From Anaeromyxobacteraceae bacterium (lineage in GTDB: Bacteria > Myxococcota > Myxococcia > Myxococcales > Anaeromyxobacteraceae): a DNA stretch of 64,000 nt. Each line of letters starts with the position of its first letter. The first letter of the stretch is position 1. The stretch lies in the NCBI GenBank assembly GCA_047602405.1, contig JASGHJ010000002.1:384001-448000 (forward strand), given 5' to 3'. Below the pieces are notes generated by a model, which was given only the letters and a program-made list of their open reading frames with translations, did not search any database and was not told the origin of the DNA. Below, in pieces: positions 18,258 to 27,231 of this stretch. Made by a program: the position numbers and the translations under genes.

Positions 18258-21200
18258 ATGCCGAACGTCGAGTGGCTCCTGAAGCACCGCGCCCTGGTCC
18301 TGGTCGTCACCGCCGCGCTGTCCGTGGCGGGCTGGCTCGCCTGGCAGCGCCTCCCCATCGACGCCTTCCCGGACGTGACCAACACCCAGGTCATGGTCCT
18401 CACGAAGGCGCCCGGCCTCGCCGCCGTGGACGTCGAGCAGCGGGTCAGCTTCCCCATCGAGCAGGCGATGCGGGGGCTTCCCCGCGTCACGCAGGTGCGC
18501 TCGCTCTCCCGGGCCGAGCTGTCGCAGGTCGTGATCGTCTTCGAGGACGGCGCGGAGACCTACTGGACCCGGCAGCTCGTCTTCGAGCGGCTCGCCGGGG
18601 CCCGGGACGCGCTGCCGCCCGGGGTCGAGCCGGAGCTCGGGCCGACCTCGACCGGGCTCGGGGAGGTCTTCCAGTACACGCTGGAGGGGGAGGGGCTCTC
18701 CGCGATGGACCTCCGGACGATCCAGGACTGGATCCTGGCGCCGCAGCTGCGGCCCATCCCCGGCGTCAACGAGGTGAACAGCTTCGGCGGCGAGGTGAAG
18801 CAGTACCAGGTGCTCGTCCACCCGGATCGCCTGGTCAAGTACCGGCTCGGCGTCCGCGACGTCTCCGAGGCGATCGAGCGGTCGAACGGGAACGCCGGCG
18901 GCGGGGTCGTCGTCTCCGGGTGGGAGCAGACGTACCTGCGCGGCGTCGGGCTCGTGCGCGACGTCGCGGACATCGAGCGCATCGTGCTCGGCGCCCACGA
19001 CGGCTCCCCCGTCTACCTCCGCGACGTCGCCGACGTCGTCATCGGCGCGGAGCCCCGGCAGGGCGCCGTCACCCGGGACGGCAAGGGCGAGGCCGTGGCG
19101 GGCATGGTGATCATGCTGAAGGGGGCGAACGCGAAGGACGTCGTCGCGGGCGTGAAGGACGCCATCGACGCGGCGCGCGCCACGCTCCCCGCCGGCGCGC
19201 GGATCAGCGTCTTCTACGACCGGACCTCCCTCATCGAGGCGTGCATCGAGACCGTGGTCGACGCGCTGCTCGAGGGTGGCATCTTCGTGGTCCTGATCCT
19301 GTTCCTCTTCGTGGCCGAGCTGCGCACGTCGATGGTCGTGCTGTTCTCGCTCCCGTTCACGTTCCTGGTCTCGTTCATCGTGATGGGCTGGGCGGGGCTG
19401 ACCTCCAACCTCATGTCGCTCGGCGGCCTCGCGTTCTCGGTCGGCATGGTCGTGGACGCGTCGATCGTCGTGGTCGAGAACGTGCGACGCCACCTCGCCG
19501 ACGATGGCGGGCGGAGCCGCGAGGACGTCGTCGCGATGGCCCTCCGGGAGGTGGCCCGGCCGGTGGCGTTCTCGGTGCTCGTCATCGCCGTCATCCTCGT
19601 GCCGCTCTACGCGCTGCAGGGCGTCGAGGGGAAGATGTTCGCGCCGCTGGCGACGACGCTGCTCATCGCGCTGCTCGTGTCGCTCGGCGTCGCGCTGACC
19701 GTGATCCCCGTGCTCTCCGCCACCCTGCTGCGGCAGGCCCCGGAGAAGGAGTTCGGGTTCGTCCGGCGGATCCACCAGGGCTACCTCCGCCTGCTGCGCC
19801 GCGCGGTCGCCCACCCGAGGCGGACCTTCGCCGTGAGCACCGTGCTCCTCGTGCTCTCCGCCGCGCTCGTCCCGCTCGTCGGGACGGAGTTCATGCCGCC
19901 GCTCGACGAGGGGTCGATCGCGATCAACGTCGTGAGGCTGCCGAACGCGTCGCTCGCCGGCTCGGTGAACGTGGCGACCTACATGGAGCAGCGGCTCCGG
20001 GCGTTCCCGGAGGTCGAGGCGGTCGTATCGAAGACCGGCCGGGCCGAGATCTCCGAGGACCCCATGGGCCCCGAGCAGTCGGACGTCTTCGTCATGCTGA
20101 GGCCGCGCAGCGCCTGGGGCACCGGCCGCGACAAGGCCGCGCTCGTCGAGGCGATCCGCGCGGAGCTCTCGGACGTCCCTGGCCTGCGCCTGTCCTTCTC
20201 CCAGCCCATCGCGCTCCGCGTGAACGAGCTCATCTCGGGCGTGAAGAGCGATCTCGCCGTGAAGGTGTTCGGGCCCGACCTCGAGGTGCTGAAGGGCTTC
20301 GCCGACCGGATCGGCGCGGCGGTCGGCGGCGTGCCGGGCGCCGGCGACGTGAAGGTGGAGCAGGTCTCGGGCATGCCCCAGTACGACCTCGAGCTCGATC
20401 GCGAGGCGGCGGCGCGCCACGGCATCCGCGTCGGCGACGTCAACGACACGATCGAGACCGCGATCGGCGGGCGCGTCGCGTCGACCCTGATCGAGGGGCA
20501 GCGGCGGTTCGCCATCACGGTCCGCTTCCCGGAGGAGCGCCGCCGGGACCTCGAGCAGATCGGCGCCCTGCTCGTGCCCGCCCCGGACGGCACCCGCGTG
20601 CCGCTGGCGCAGCTCGCGAAGGTGAAGCTCGTCGAGGCGCCTGCCCAGGTCAGCCGGGAGAACGGGATGCGGCGGGTGGTGGTCGAGGCGAACGTCCGCG
20701 GCCGCGACCTCGGCGGGTTCGTCGAGGACGTCCGCGCGCGCATCCAGGGCATCGAGAAGGAGCTGCCCGCGGGGTACTACCTGCGCCTCGGCGGGCAGTT
20801 CGAGAACCAGGAGCGCGCCATGCGGCGCCTCGCGATCGTCGTGCCGGTCGCGCTCGCGCTCGTCTTCCTGCTCCTCTACCTCGCGCTGGGGTCGGTGGCC
20901 CACGCGGGGCTCGTGCTCCTCAACCTGCCGTTCGCGCTCGTGGGCGGCGTGATCGCGGTGGTCCTCTTCCGGATGCCGCTCTCGGTCTCGGCGGCGGTCG
21001 CGTTCATCGTGCTCCTCGGGATCGCCGTCCAGAACGGCGTGGTGCTGGTGGCGTTCTTCCGGCAGCTCCGCGAGCGCGGGCTCTCGGTCGCCGAGACGGT
21101 CGAGCAGGGCTGCGACCTCCGCTTCAGGCCGCTCCTCATGACCGCGCTGACGAGCTTCATCGGCCACCTGCCCATGCTGTACGCGACCGGCTCGGGGGCG

Positions 21201-21368
21201 GACATCCAGCGGCCGCTCGCGGTGGTCGTGATGGGGGGCCTCGTGACCTCGACGCTCCTCACGCTGCTCGTGCTCCCGACGCTCTACGCGTTCCTCGCAG
21301 GACGACGGGAGGTGAGGGCGGGGGCGCAGGCGGCGGTCGCTCGAACGCCCGCAGAGGGACATGCATGA
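18258..21368 (+). CDS. CusA/CzcA heavy-metal RND permease
   Basis: LPIDAFPDVTNTQV, MSLGGLA..GMVVDASIVVVEN, RFRPLLMTA and QRPLAVVVMGGL motifs. Confidence 0.95.
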   Translation: MPNVEWLLKHRALVLVVTAALSVAGWLAWQRLPIDAFPDVTNTQVMVLTKAPGLAAVDVEQRVSFPIEQAMRGLPRVTQVRSLSRAELSQVVIVFEDGAETYWTRQLVFERLAGARDALPPGVEPELGPTSTGLGEVFQYTLEGEGLSAMDLRTIQDWILAPQLRPIPGVNEVNSFGGEVKQYQVLVHPDRLVKYRLGVRDVSEAIERSNGNAGGGVVVSGWEQTYLRGVGLVRDVADIERIVLGAHDGSPVYLRDVADVVIGAEPRQGAVTRDGKGEAVAGMVIMLKGANAKDVVAGVKDAIDAARATLPAGARISVFYDRTSLIEACIETVVDALLEGGIFVVLILFLFVAELRTSMVVLFSLPFTFLVSFIVMGWAGLTSNLMSLGGLAFSVGMVVDASIVVVENVRRHLADDGGRSREDVVAMALREVARPVAFSVLVIAVILVPLYALQGVEGKMFAPLATTLLIALLVSLGVALTVIPVLSATLLRQAPEKEFGFVRRIHQGYLRLLRRAVAHPRRTFAVSTVLLVLSAALVPLVGTEFMPPLDEGSIAINVVRLPNASLAGSVNVATYMEQRLRAFPEVEAVVSKTGRAEISEDPMGPEQSDVFVMLRPRSAWGTGRDKAALVEAIRAELSDVPGLRLSFSQPIALRVNELISGVKSDLAVKVFGPDLEVLKGFADRIGAAVGGVPGAGDVKVEQVSGMPQYDLELDREAAARHGIRVGDVNDTIETAIGGRVASTLIEGQRRFAITVRFPEERRRDLEQIGALLVPAPDGTRVPLAQLAKVKLVEAPAQVSRENGMRRVVVEANVRGRDLGGFVEDVRARIQGIEKELPAGYYLRLGGQFENQERAMRRLAIVVPVALALVFLLLYLALGSVAHAGLVLLNLPFALVGGVIAVVLFRMPLSVSAAVAFIVLLGIAVQNGVVLVAFFRQLRERGLSVAETVEQGCDLRFRPLLMTALTSFIGHLPMLYATGSGADIQRPLAVVVMGGLVTSTLLTLLVLPTLYAFLAGRREVRAGAQAAVARTPAEGHA

Positions 21369-21408
21369 CGCCCCCGCGGGCCCCAGGTTGGCCGGATCGG
21401 AGGCTTCG

Positions 21409-21825
21409 ATGACGCAACCCTTCACCGTGCAATCCGGGATCTTCACGCCAGGCACCACCGCGGCGGTGGTCCGCTACCAGGTCGGCGACGTGGACCGGGC
21501 GGTGGCCTTCTACACCCGGCACCTCGGCTTCGTGCTGACGCAGCGGGCGGGGCCGGTCGGGATCGTGTCGCGGGGCGACCTGCACCTCCTGCTGAGCGGC
21601 CCCACGGCCTCCGGCTCGCGGACGGTGTTCGATGGCCGTCGGCAGGGGCCCGGGGGCTGGAACCGCGTGGTGCTCTACGTCGAGAGCCTGGACGCCGCGA
21701 TGGCGGACCTGAAGGCGGCGGGCGCGCGGTTCAGGAACGACGTCGAGGCGGGGCCGGGGGGCAAGCAGGTGCTGCTCGACGATCCCGACGGGAACGCGGT
21801 CGAGCTGCACGAGGGCCCGCGGTAG
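21409..21825 (+). CDS. VOC/glyoxalase family protein
   Basis: VGDVDRAVAFY and DDPDGNAVEL motifs. GGAGG RBS. Confidence 0.9.
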   Translation: MTQPFTVQSGIFTPGTTAAVVRYQVGDVDRAVAFYTRHLGFVLTQRAGPVGIVSRGDLHLLLSGPTASGSRTVFDGRRQGPGGWNRVVLYVESLDAAMADLKAAGARFRNDVEAGPGGKQVLLDDPDGNAVELHEGPR

Positions 21826-21924
21826 GGTGAACGCACCGACCCGATCGGGCTCCGGTGCGGATCGCCTGTCCCATCGAAACACGGCGGCGGGTGAGAGCGG
21901 GCTCACCCTCACCTCGAGGTCACC

Positions 21925-22431
21925 TTGCGCACGTTCGTCCCGTCCCTCGTCGTCTCCACGCTCCTCCTCGGCGGTTGCGACTCGCGCCGCGAGCCCTCGG
22001 TGGCCGCGGACCCGGTGACCCTCGAGGTCCAGGGTCTCGCCCAGGACGGCTCGGTCTCCGCCATCCCGGGCGGCGGCGCGCCGCCCTCCGTCGCGAACGG
22101 CACCGATTTCGGCGACTGGACGGCGGGCACCCTCGGGAACCCCATCGGCCCGAAGTTCGCCATGTTCCGCGTGGTGAACGTGGGCGACCACGACGTCGTC
22201 CTCCGCGGTCCGCCGTTCGTCGAGGTCGCCTCTGGCGAGACGGCCCGCTTCGCGCTCCTCGACGTGTGCGCCGCCACGCTCGCGCCCGGGCAGGCGATGA
22301 CGTTCTCGATCGGCTTCGACGGCCTGGGCGAGTTCGGCCCGCACGAGGCGACCGTCGCGGTCCACCTCGCGAGCGGCGAGGACTTCACGTTCGGCATCCG
22401 CGGCACGAGCGTGCCGACGGGGCAGCATTAG
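21925..22431 (+). CDS. lipoprotein with Ig-like (choice-of-anchor D-like) domain
   Basis: LLGGC lipobox, TDFG, F.VVNVG and TLAPG motifs. TTG start after GAGG. Confidence 0.65.
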   Translation: MRTFVPSLVVSTLLLGGCDSRREPSVAADPVTLEVQGLAQDGSVSAIPGGGAPPSVANGTDFGDWTAGTLGNPIGPKFAMFRVVNVGDHDVVLRGPPFVEVASGETARFALLDVCAATLAPGQAMTFSIGFDGLGEFGPHEATVAVHLASGEDFTFGIRGTSVPTGQH

Positions 22432-22491
22432 GTAGCGCCCCGCGAGGGCTGCCCGGGCGCTCGGGACGGGCGCCCGGGTAAGCTCACCCTC

Positions 22492-22974
22492 ATGCCGAAG
22501 AAGACCTCGAAGAAGGCGGCCCGGCGGCCTGCGTCGCGCGCCACGAAGGCGAGGCCCGCGCGCGCGGCAAGGCGGCCCGCCTCGAGAGGCCCGATCACCA
22601 CGAAGACCGGAGCTCCGGTCCCGGCGTACCTCGCGTCGCTCGACCCCGCGACCCGCGCCGACTGCGAGCGCCTCCACGCGTGGATGGCCGCCGCGACCGG
22701 CGATGCGGGCGCGATGTACGGGAAGGCGATCGTCGGCTACGGCACGATCACGATCCGGTACGCCGGCGGCCGGGAGGCGCCCTGGATGAAGATGGGCTTC
22801 TCGCCGCGCAAGCAGGCGCTGACGCTGTACGGCGTGCTCTCCGCCGCGTCGCCGGCGCTCCTCGCGAAGCTCGGAAAGCACGCCACCGGCAAGGGCTGCC
22901 TCTACGTGAAGCGGCTCGCCGACGTCGACGCCGGCGCGCTCGAGCAGATCATCCACGCCGCCGGGGCGCGCTGA
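22492..22974 (+). CDS. DUF1801 domain protein
   Basis: IVGYG, GFSPRK and LGKHATGKGCLY motifs. Basic N-terminus. Confidence 0.88.
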   Translation: MPKKTSKKAARRPASRATKARPARAARRPASRGPITTKTGAPVPAYLASLDPATRADCERLHAWMAAATGDAGAMYGKAIVGYGTITIRYAGGREAPWMKMGFSPRKQALTLYGVLSAASPALLAKLGKHATGKGCLYVKRLADVDAGALEQIIHAAGAR

Positions 22975-23058
22975 ACGGCGCTCCCCGCCGCCCCCACCGG
23001 GCCGGGCGCGCGGGCGGTGGCCGGTTACCCCTCGGTCCTCTCCTCCCGGAGGTCCGCC

Positions 23059-23490
23059 ATGGGGTTCTTCGAGACGCTCTGGTCGTCGCCGCGCTCGACG
23101 CCGCTCTCCCGCTACGTCGGCTGGAACGGCCTCCTCTACCTGGCCTTCGGGCTCCAGCTCTACTTCTGGCCGGGCGCGGCGCAGGTGCTCACCGGCGCGC
23201 CACCGTTCCAGGCCGGGGAGGCGGGCCTCGTGCGGCTCGCCGGGTTCTCGCTCGCGGTCATCGGCTGGTTCTACGTGATGGGCGCTCGCACCCGGGCCGA
23301 CTCGTTCGGCCTCGCCACGGTGGTGGACCGCTTGCTCGTGCCGTTCTTCCTCGGCCCGCTCGCCGCGACGGGCGCGGTGGACCTCCACCTCGTCGGCCCG
23401 TTCCTCGTGATCGACCCGGTGCTCGGGATCGGCGCGTGGATCGTCTGGCGCCGATCGGCGGCGGTCGCCGCCCCCGCGGCGACACCGTGA
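23059..23490 (+). CDS. hypothetical membrane protein
   Basis: GGAGG RBS, about four hydrophobic segments. Confidence 0.75.
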   Translation: MGFFETLWSSPRSTPLSRYVGWNGLLYLAFGLQLYFWPGAAQVLTGAPPFQAGEAGLVRLAGFSLAVIGWFYVMGARTRADSFGLATVVDRLLVPFFLGPLAATGAVDLHLVGPFLVIDPVLGIGAWIVWRRSAAVAAPAATP

Positions 23491-23561
23491 GGGGCTCGCC
23501 AGCTCGCCCGGTCAGCTGAGCCGGCTCGCGACGACGCACATTGCCGGGAGGAGGTCCTGTC

Positions 23562-25203
23562 ATGCACTCCCGGCGCGTCGTCCTCGTCGGCATCGTCGCT
23601 CTCGCCCTGGGCTGCGGGGGCGGCGGAGGTGGCGGAGGCGGAGGCGGTGGGGGTGGCGGCGGTGGGGGTGGAGGGGGCGGTGGCAGCGGGCCGACGATGC
23701 TCGCGCTCACCGTGGCCACGGACGGCCCCGGCACCGCCGACCTCACCGTCGCCGGCGTGACGAACCCCTGCCAGGGATTCGTGCACGGTGTCCTTGAGCG
23801 CGGGCACCTCCGTGGCCGCCTCGGCGCGGCCGGACGACGGCGCGAGCTTCACCGGCTGGTCGGGCGCCTGCTCGGGCACCGGGCCGTGCAGCTTCACGCT
23901 GACCGTCGCGGCCACCCTCACCGCGCACTTCGAATGGCCCGCGCCGCCGCCCTCGCCTCCACCTCCTCCGCCGCCTGCACCACCTCCGCCCACGCCACCG
24001 CCGGCCCCACCGCCCGCGCCTCCGCCGCCCGTGATCCGTACGCTCACCGTGGCGCTGAGCGGCGATGGCGCCGGTGAGGTGGCGAGCGACCCGGCCGGCG
24101 TGACGTGCGGCTCGGCATGCCGCGCGGAGTTCCCCGACGGGACGAAGGTCCGCCTCACGCCCACGGCGGCCGCGGGGTCGACCTTCACCGGCTGGACCGG
24201 CGCCTGCACCGGGGCGGCGGCGTGCGAGCTCACGCTCACCGCGGACGCGTCGGTGGGCGCCGCCTTCGCGCTCGTGCCGCGAAAGCCCTACGCGCTCGTC
24301 GAGGTGCCGTCGCCGGATCCCGACGGGTACGTGATCCCCTACGCGATGAACGTCCACGGGGACGTCGTGGGCGCGTACGCGACGCCGCGCCTCACCGCGC
24401 GGGCGTTCATCGCGCGCGGTGGCGGTCCGCTCGAGCTGATCGGCCCGCTCGATCGCTGGACGCAGGCGCTCGCGGTGAACGACGCGGGGGTGGTCGCCGT
24501 GGCGGAGCAGGACTTCCGCAAGGTCGCCCGCTGGACGCCGGGACGGTACGAGGTGCTCGAGGACGCGCCCGGCACCCTTGGCAGCTACGCCACCGCCATC
24601 GGGCCGGACGGGACCATCGTCGGCCGCGCGTGGCTCGCGGCGGGAGCGGCGGCGTTCGCGGCCCCGGCGGGGAAGGTGGTGCTCCTCCCGGCGCTCCCGG
24701 GGGCCATGTTCTGCGCCGCGAACGCGCTGAACGCGGCGGGGGTCGTGGTGGGAGGCTGCGACTCGACCGCGGTCTCGTGGAAGGTCTCGGGGCCGGTGGC
24801 CCTGCCCGTGGAGCCGTCCGCGAACGCGCGTGGCGTGAACGACGCGGGGATGGTCTGCGGGACCGCCCGCGGTGCGTACAAGCACCTCGAGGGCTTCGTG
24901 CTCGACTCCTGGACGGGCGAGGTGCGGTACCAGACGCCGACGGCGCCCCACTTCGCGGTCGCGCTCGCGGCCATCGACCCCGCGGGCGTCGCGGTGGGGC
25001 AGGCGATGCTGCTCACCAGCTGGTCGGACGCGATCCTGGTCCGGGCCGGCGAGGTCCAGTACCTGAAGGACCTCGTCGACCCGCTGCCGGTCGACTGGCC
25101 GATCGAATCGGCGATCGCGATCAACGCGCGCGGTGAGGTGCTCGTCACCGGTCACGCGTACGTCGGAGGCCGGATCCACGCGGCCGTGCTGCACCCGCGC
25201 TGA
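23562..25203 (+). CDS. surface lipoprotein: poly-Gly, two InlB-B-like repeats, poly-Pro, HAF-like propeller; frameshift at ~23778
   Basis: LALGC lipobox, FTGWSGAC and FTGWTGAC repeats, repeated A.(V/I)N..G motifs. Removing one T joins the two frames. Confidence 0.8.
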
Positions 25204-25210
25204 AGCCGGC

Positions 25211-25843
25211 CTACGGCCGGAGGACCGCGAAGGCGTGAGACCAGTCGTTCCGGTGGAACCCCGGCGCGCACCAGAGCTGGCACAGCGCCTCGAGCGCGTG
25301 GCCCATGGCCGCGGGGCCCACGTCCTCGACGTTCCAGCCGAGCTCCGCGGAGAGGCGCGCCGCCACCCCGCGCGCGGCGGCGTCGTCGCCGCAGATGAAC
25401 ATGGAGGGCTTCCCGCCCTGGAGCTTCGGCGCCGCCATGAACGCCGCGCCGACCGAGTTCATCCACTTCACGGCCCTCGCCTGCGGCGCTGCCCGCTGGA
25501 CGCGCTCGAGGAGCGACTCGTCCGCGCGGGTGAAGTAAGGGAGCACGCCGTCCTTCGGCGGCCCGGCGATGGGGTTCGTGGTGTCGAGGACCACCTTGCC
25601 CGCGAGCACCGCCGCGAGCTCCTTCGCGAGCGGCTCGGCGGCGTCGCCCTTCACGCCGAGCACCACGACCTCCGCGAAGCGCGCGACCTCGTCGAACGTG
25701 CCGTGCCCGATGCCCTGCGCCTTCGCGAACGCCGCGAGCTTCGCCGGCTCGCGGCTGCCGATGCGGACCTCGTGGCCCGCGGCCTTGAGCCCCGCCGCGA
25801 GCGCCTGCCCGACGTTGCCCGAACCCAGGATCCCGATCTTCAT
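25211..25843 (-). CDS. NADPH-dependent F420 reductase family (dinucleotide-binding) protein
   Basis: MKIGILGSGNVG, DTTNP and ICGDD motifs. Confidence 0.88.
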   Translation of the reverse strand: MKIGILGSGNVGQALAAGLKAAGHEVRIGSREPAKLAAFAKAQGIGHGTFDEVARFAEVVVLGVKGDAAEPLAKELAAVLAGKVVLDTTNPIAGPPKDGVLPYFTRADESLLERVQRAAPQARAVKWMNSVGAAFMAAPKLQGGKPSMFICGDDAAARGVAARLSAELGWNVEDVGPAAMGHALEALCQLWCAPGFHRNDWSHAFAVLRP

Positions 25844-25894
25844 CCGCACCTCCGGAGGTGGAGCCGGCGCGACGGCCGCCAGCCACGCCGGTTC

Positions 25895-26965
25895 CTAAAC
25901 GACCGATCGCGATCCGGAAACACCGGCCGCGAGCTTGAGTGAAGGGTTGAGCTTCTTCCGCTGGTTGTAGGCGCGCAGGAAGGCGATGACTTGGACCATC
26001 AGTTCCTCGATCGTCTTGCAGCGGTGATTGCGCGTCACGTTGGCGTGCAGGTCGAGCCACACGCGCTCAATGCGGTTGTCGTCGGGGCAGTACGGGGGCA
26101 GGAAGTGCAGCACGACGCGGTCGCCGAACTGGGCGAGGAAGCGCTTCGTCTTCTTGCTCGAGTGGATGATGTAGTTGTCGAGGATGAGGTGGATGCGCCG
26201 CGCGGCGCGGTACTCGCCAAGGAGCTTCCACACGAGCTTGTGGAAGAGCTCGCTCGCCTTGGTCGGCGCCTCCACCCAGGTCATCCTGCGGGTCGTGGCG
26301 TTGAGCGCACCGGCGACGAACCGCTTCCTGTTCTGGCCGGGCGTGAGCACGTAGCGCCGGAGCCCTCTCGGCATCCAGTCGCGACCGATCTTCGGGTTGA
26401 GATGGACGTCCATCTCGTCCTCGTAGAAGACCGGCTCCTCCGGCGTGGCGTTCTTGGCGACGCGACGCAACCTCGCCAGCACGCGCTTCCTGCGACCTGT
26501 TTCCCAGGGGCAGGCGACCGTCGGCTTCGGCATCCTGAGCCGCGCCCCGATCGCGGAGAGCGCCCGGCCCATCGTGCACGGAGCCACTCGCGGGAGCTGG
26601 CGCCGCTCCAACTCGCAGCCGAGCAGCTCGCGGGTCCAGGTCGTGCGCTGCCAGCCGAACTCGGTCGGGACCGAGTGCAGAACCCGCTCGAGCTCTTCCT
26701 TGAACCGGAGGTCCACCTTGCGGACGCCGTTGAAGGCGCGCTGGTCGAGCAGGCCCTCCTCCCCAGCGTCGGCGAACCGCTGCGCCGCCTTCACCACGGT
26801 GGACGGGACGCAGGCGAGGTCGCGGGCGACCTGCTGTCGAGAGAGTCCTTGTCCGAGCTTGGCGATCATGAGGAAGCGGAGGGCGGTGTGCGGGTCCTTG
26901 GTCTTCTTGGCGCGGCGGATCAGTCTGCGTCGCACGGCACGATCGAGCCGCGGTATGTTGTGCAC
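25895..26965 (-). CDS. IS630 transposase
   Basis: HTH region, YEDE, TPGQN, LILDNYIIH and LPPYCPDDNRIERVW (DDE) motifs. Confidence 0.95.
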   Translation of the reverse strand: MHNIPRLDRAVRRRLIRRAKKTKDPHTALRFLMIAKLGQGLSRQQVARDLACVPSTVVKAAQRFADAGEEGLLDQRAFNGVRKVDLRFKEELERVLHSVPTEFGWQRTTWTRELLGCELERRQLPRVAPCTMGRALSAIGARLRMPKPTVACPWETGRRKRVLARLRRVAKNATPEEPVFYEDEMDVHLNPKIGRDWMPRGLRRYVLTPGQNRKRFVAGALNATTRRMTWVEAPTKASELFHKLVWKLLGEYRAARRIHLILDNYIIHSSKKTKRFLAQFGDRVVLHFLPPYCPDDNRIERVWLDLHANVTRNHRCKTIEELMVQVIAFLRAYNQRKKLNPSLKLAAGVSGSRSVV

Positions 26966-27093
26966 GGGAAGGTCTCCTCCGAGTTCGCTGCTGGTCTCGC
27001 AACCGCAACGATCGATGGGTTGACCTTCCCTTTCAACTTTCTCCCTGCGGTCCGCGGCCTTGCCGCTGATCGCGAATCACGAACGGTCGTTTA
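25896..27093 (-). mobile_element. IS630-family insertion sequence with TA duplication
   Basis: Ends read TAAACGACCGATCGCGAT.. and (reverse complement) TAAACGACCGTTCGTGAT... TA at 25896-25897 and 27092-27093. The empty site would be CTAG. Confidence 0.92.
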
Positions 27094-27231
27094 GAAGGCA
27101 CTCGATGCCCTCGCCGCGTCTTGTCGGGGCGGGCCCTCCGGAGCGGCGCCAGTCGCCGCGGCCGGGTGCGACCGATCGCCCGGGTGCGAGCCCGCTGACG
27201 GACCTACTCCCTCCGGGTACCATCCTCGTCG

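Noticed and set aside
15276..21458. 2060-aa antisense ORF and other long shadow ORFs (e.g. 36548-40075, 46810-50994, 60173-63115)
   Set aside because: These are expected by-products of high GC3 codon bias opposite or overlapping real genes. They are Arg/Gly/Pro-rich with no domains.
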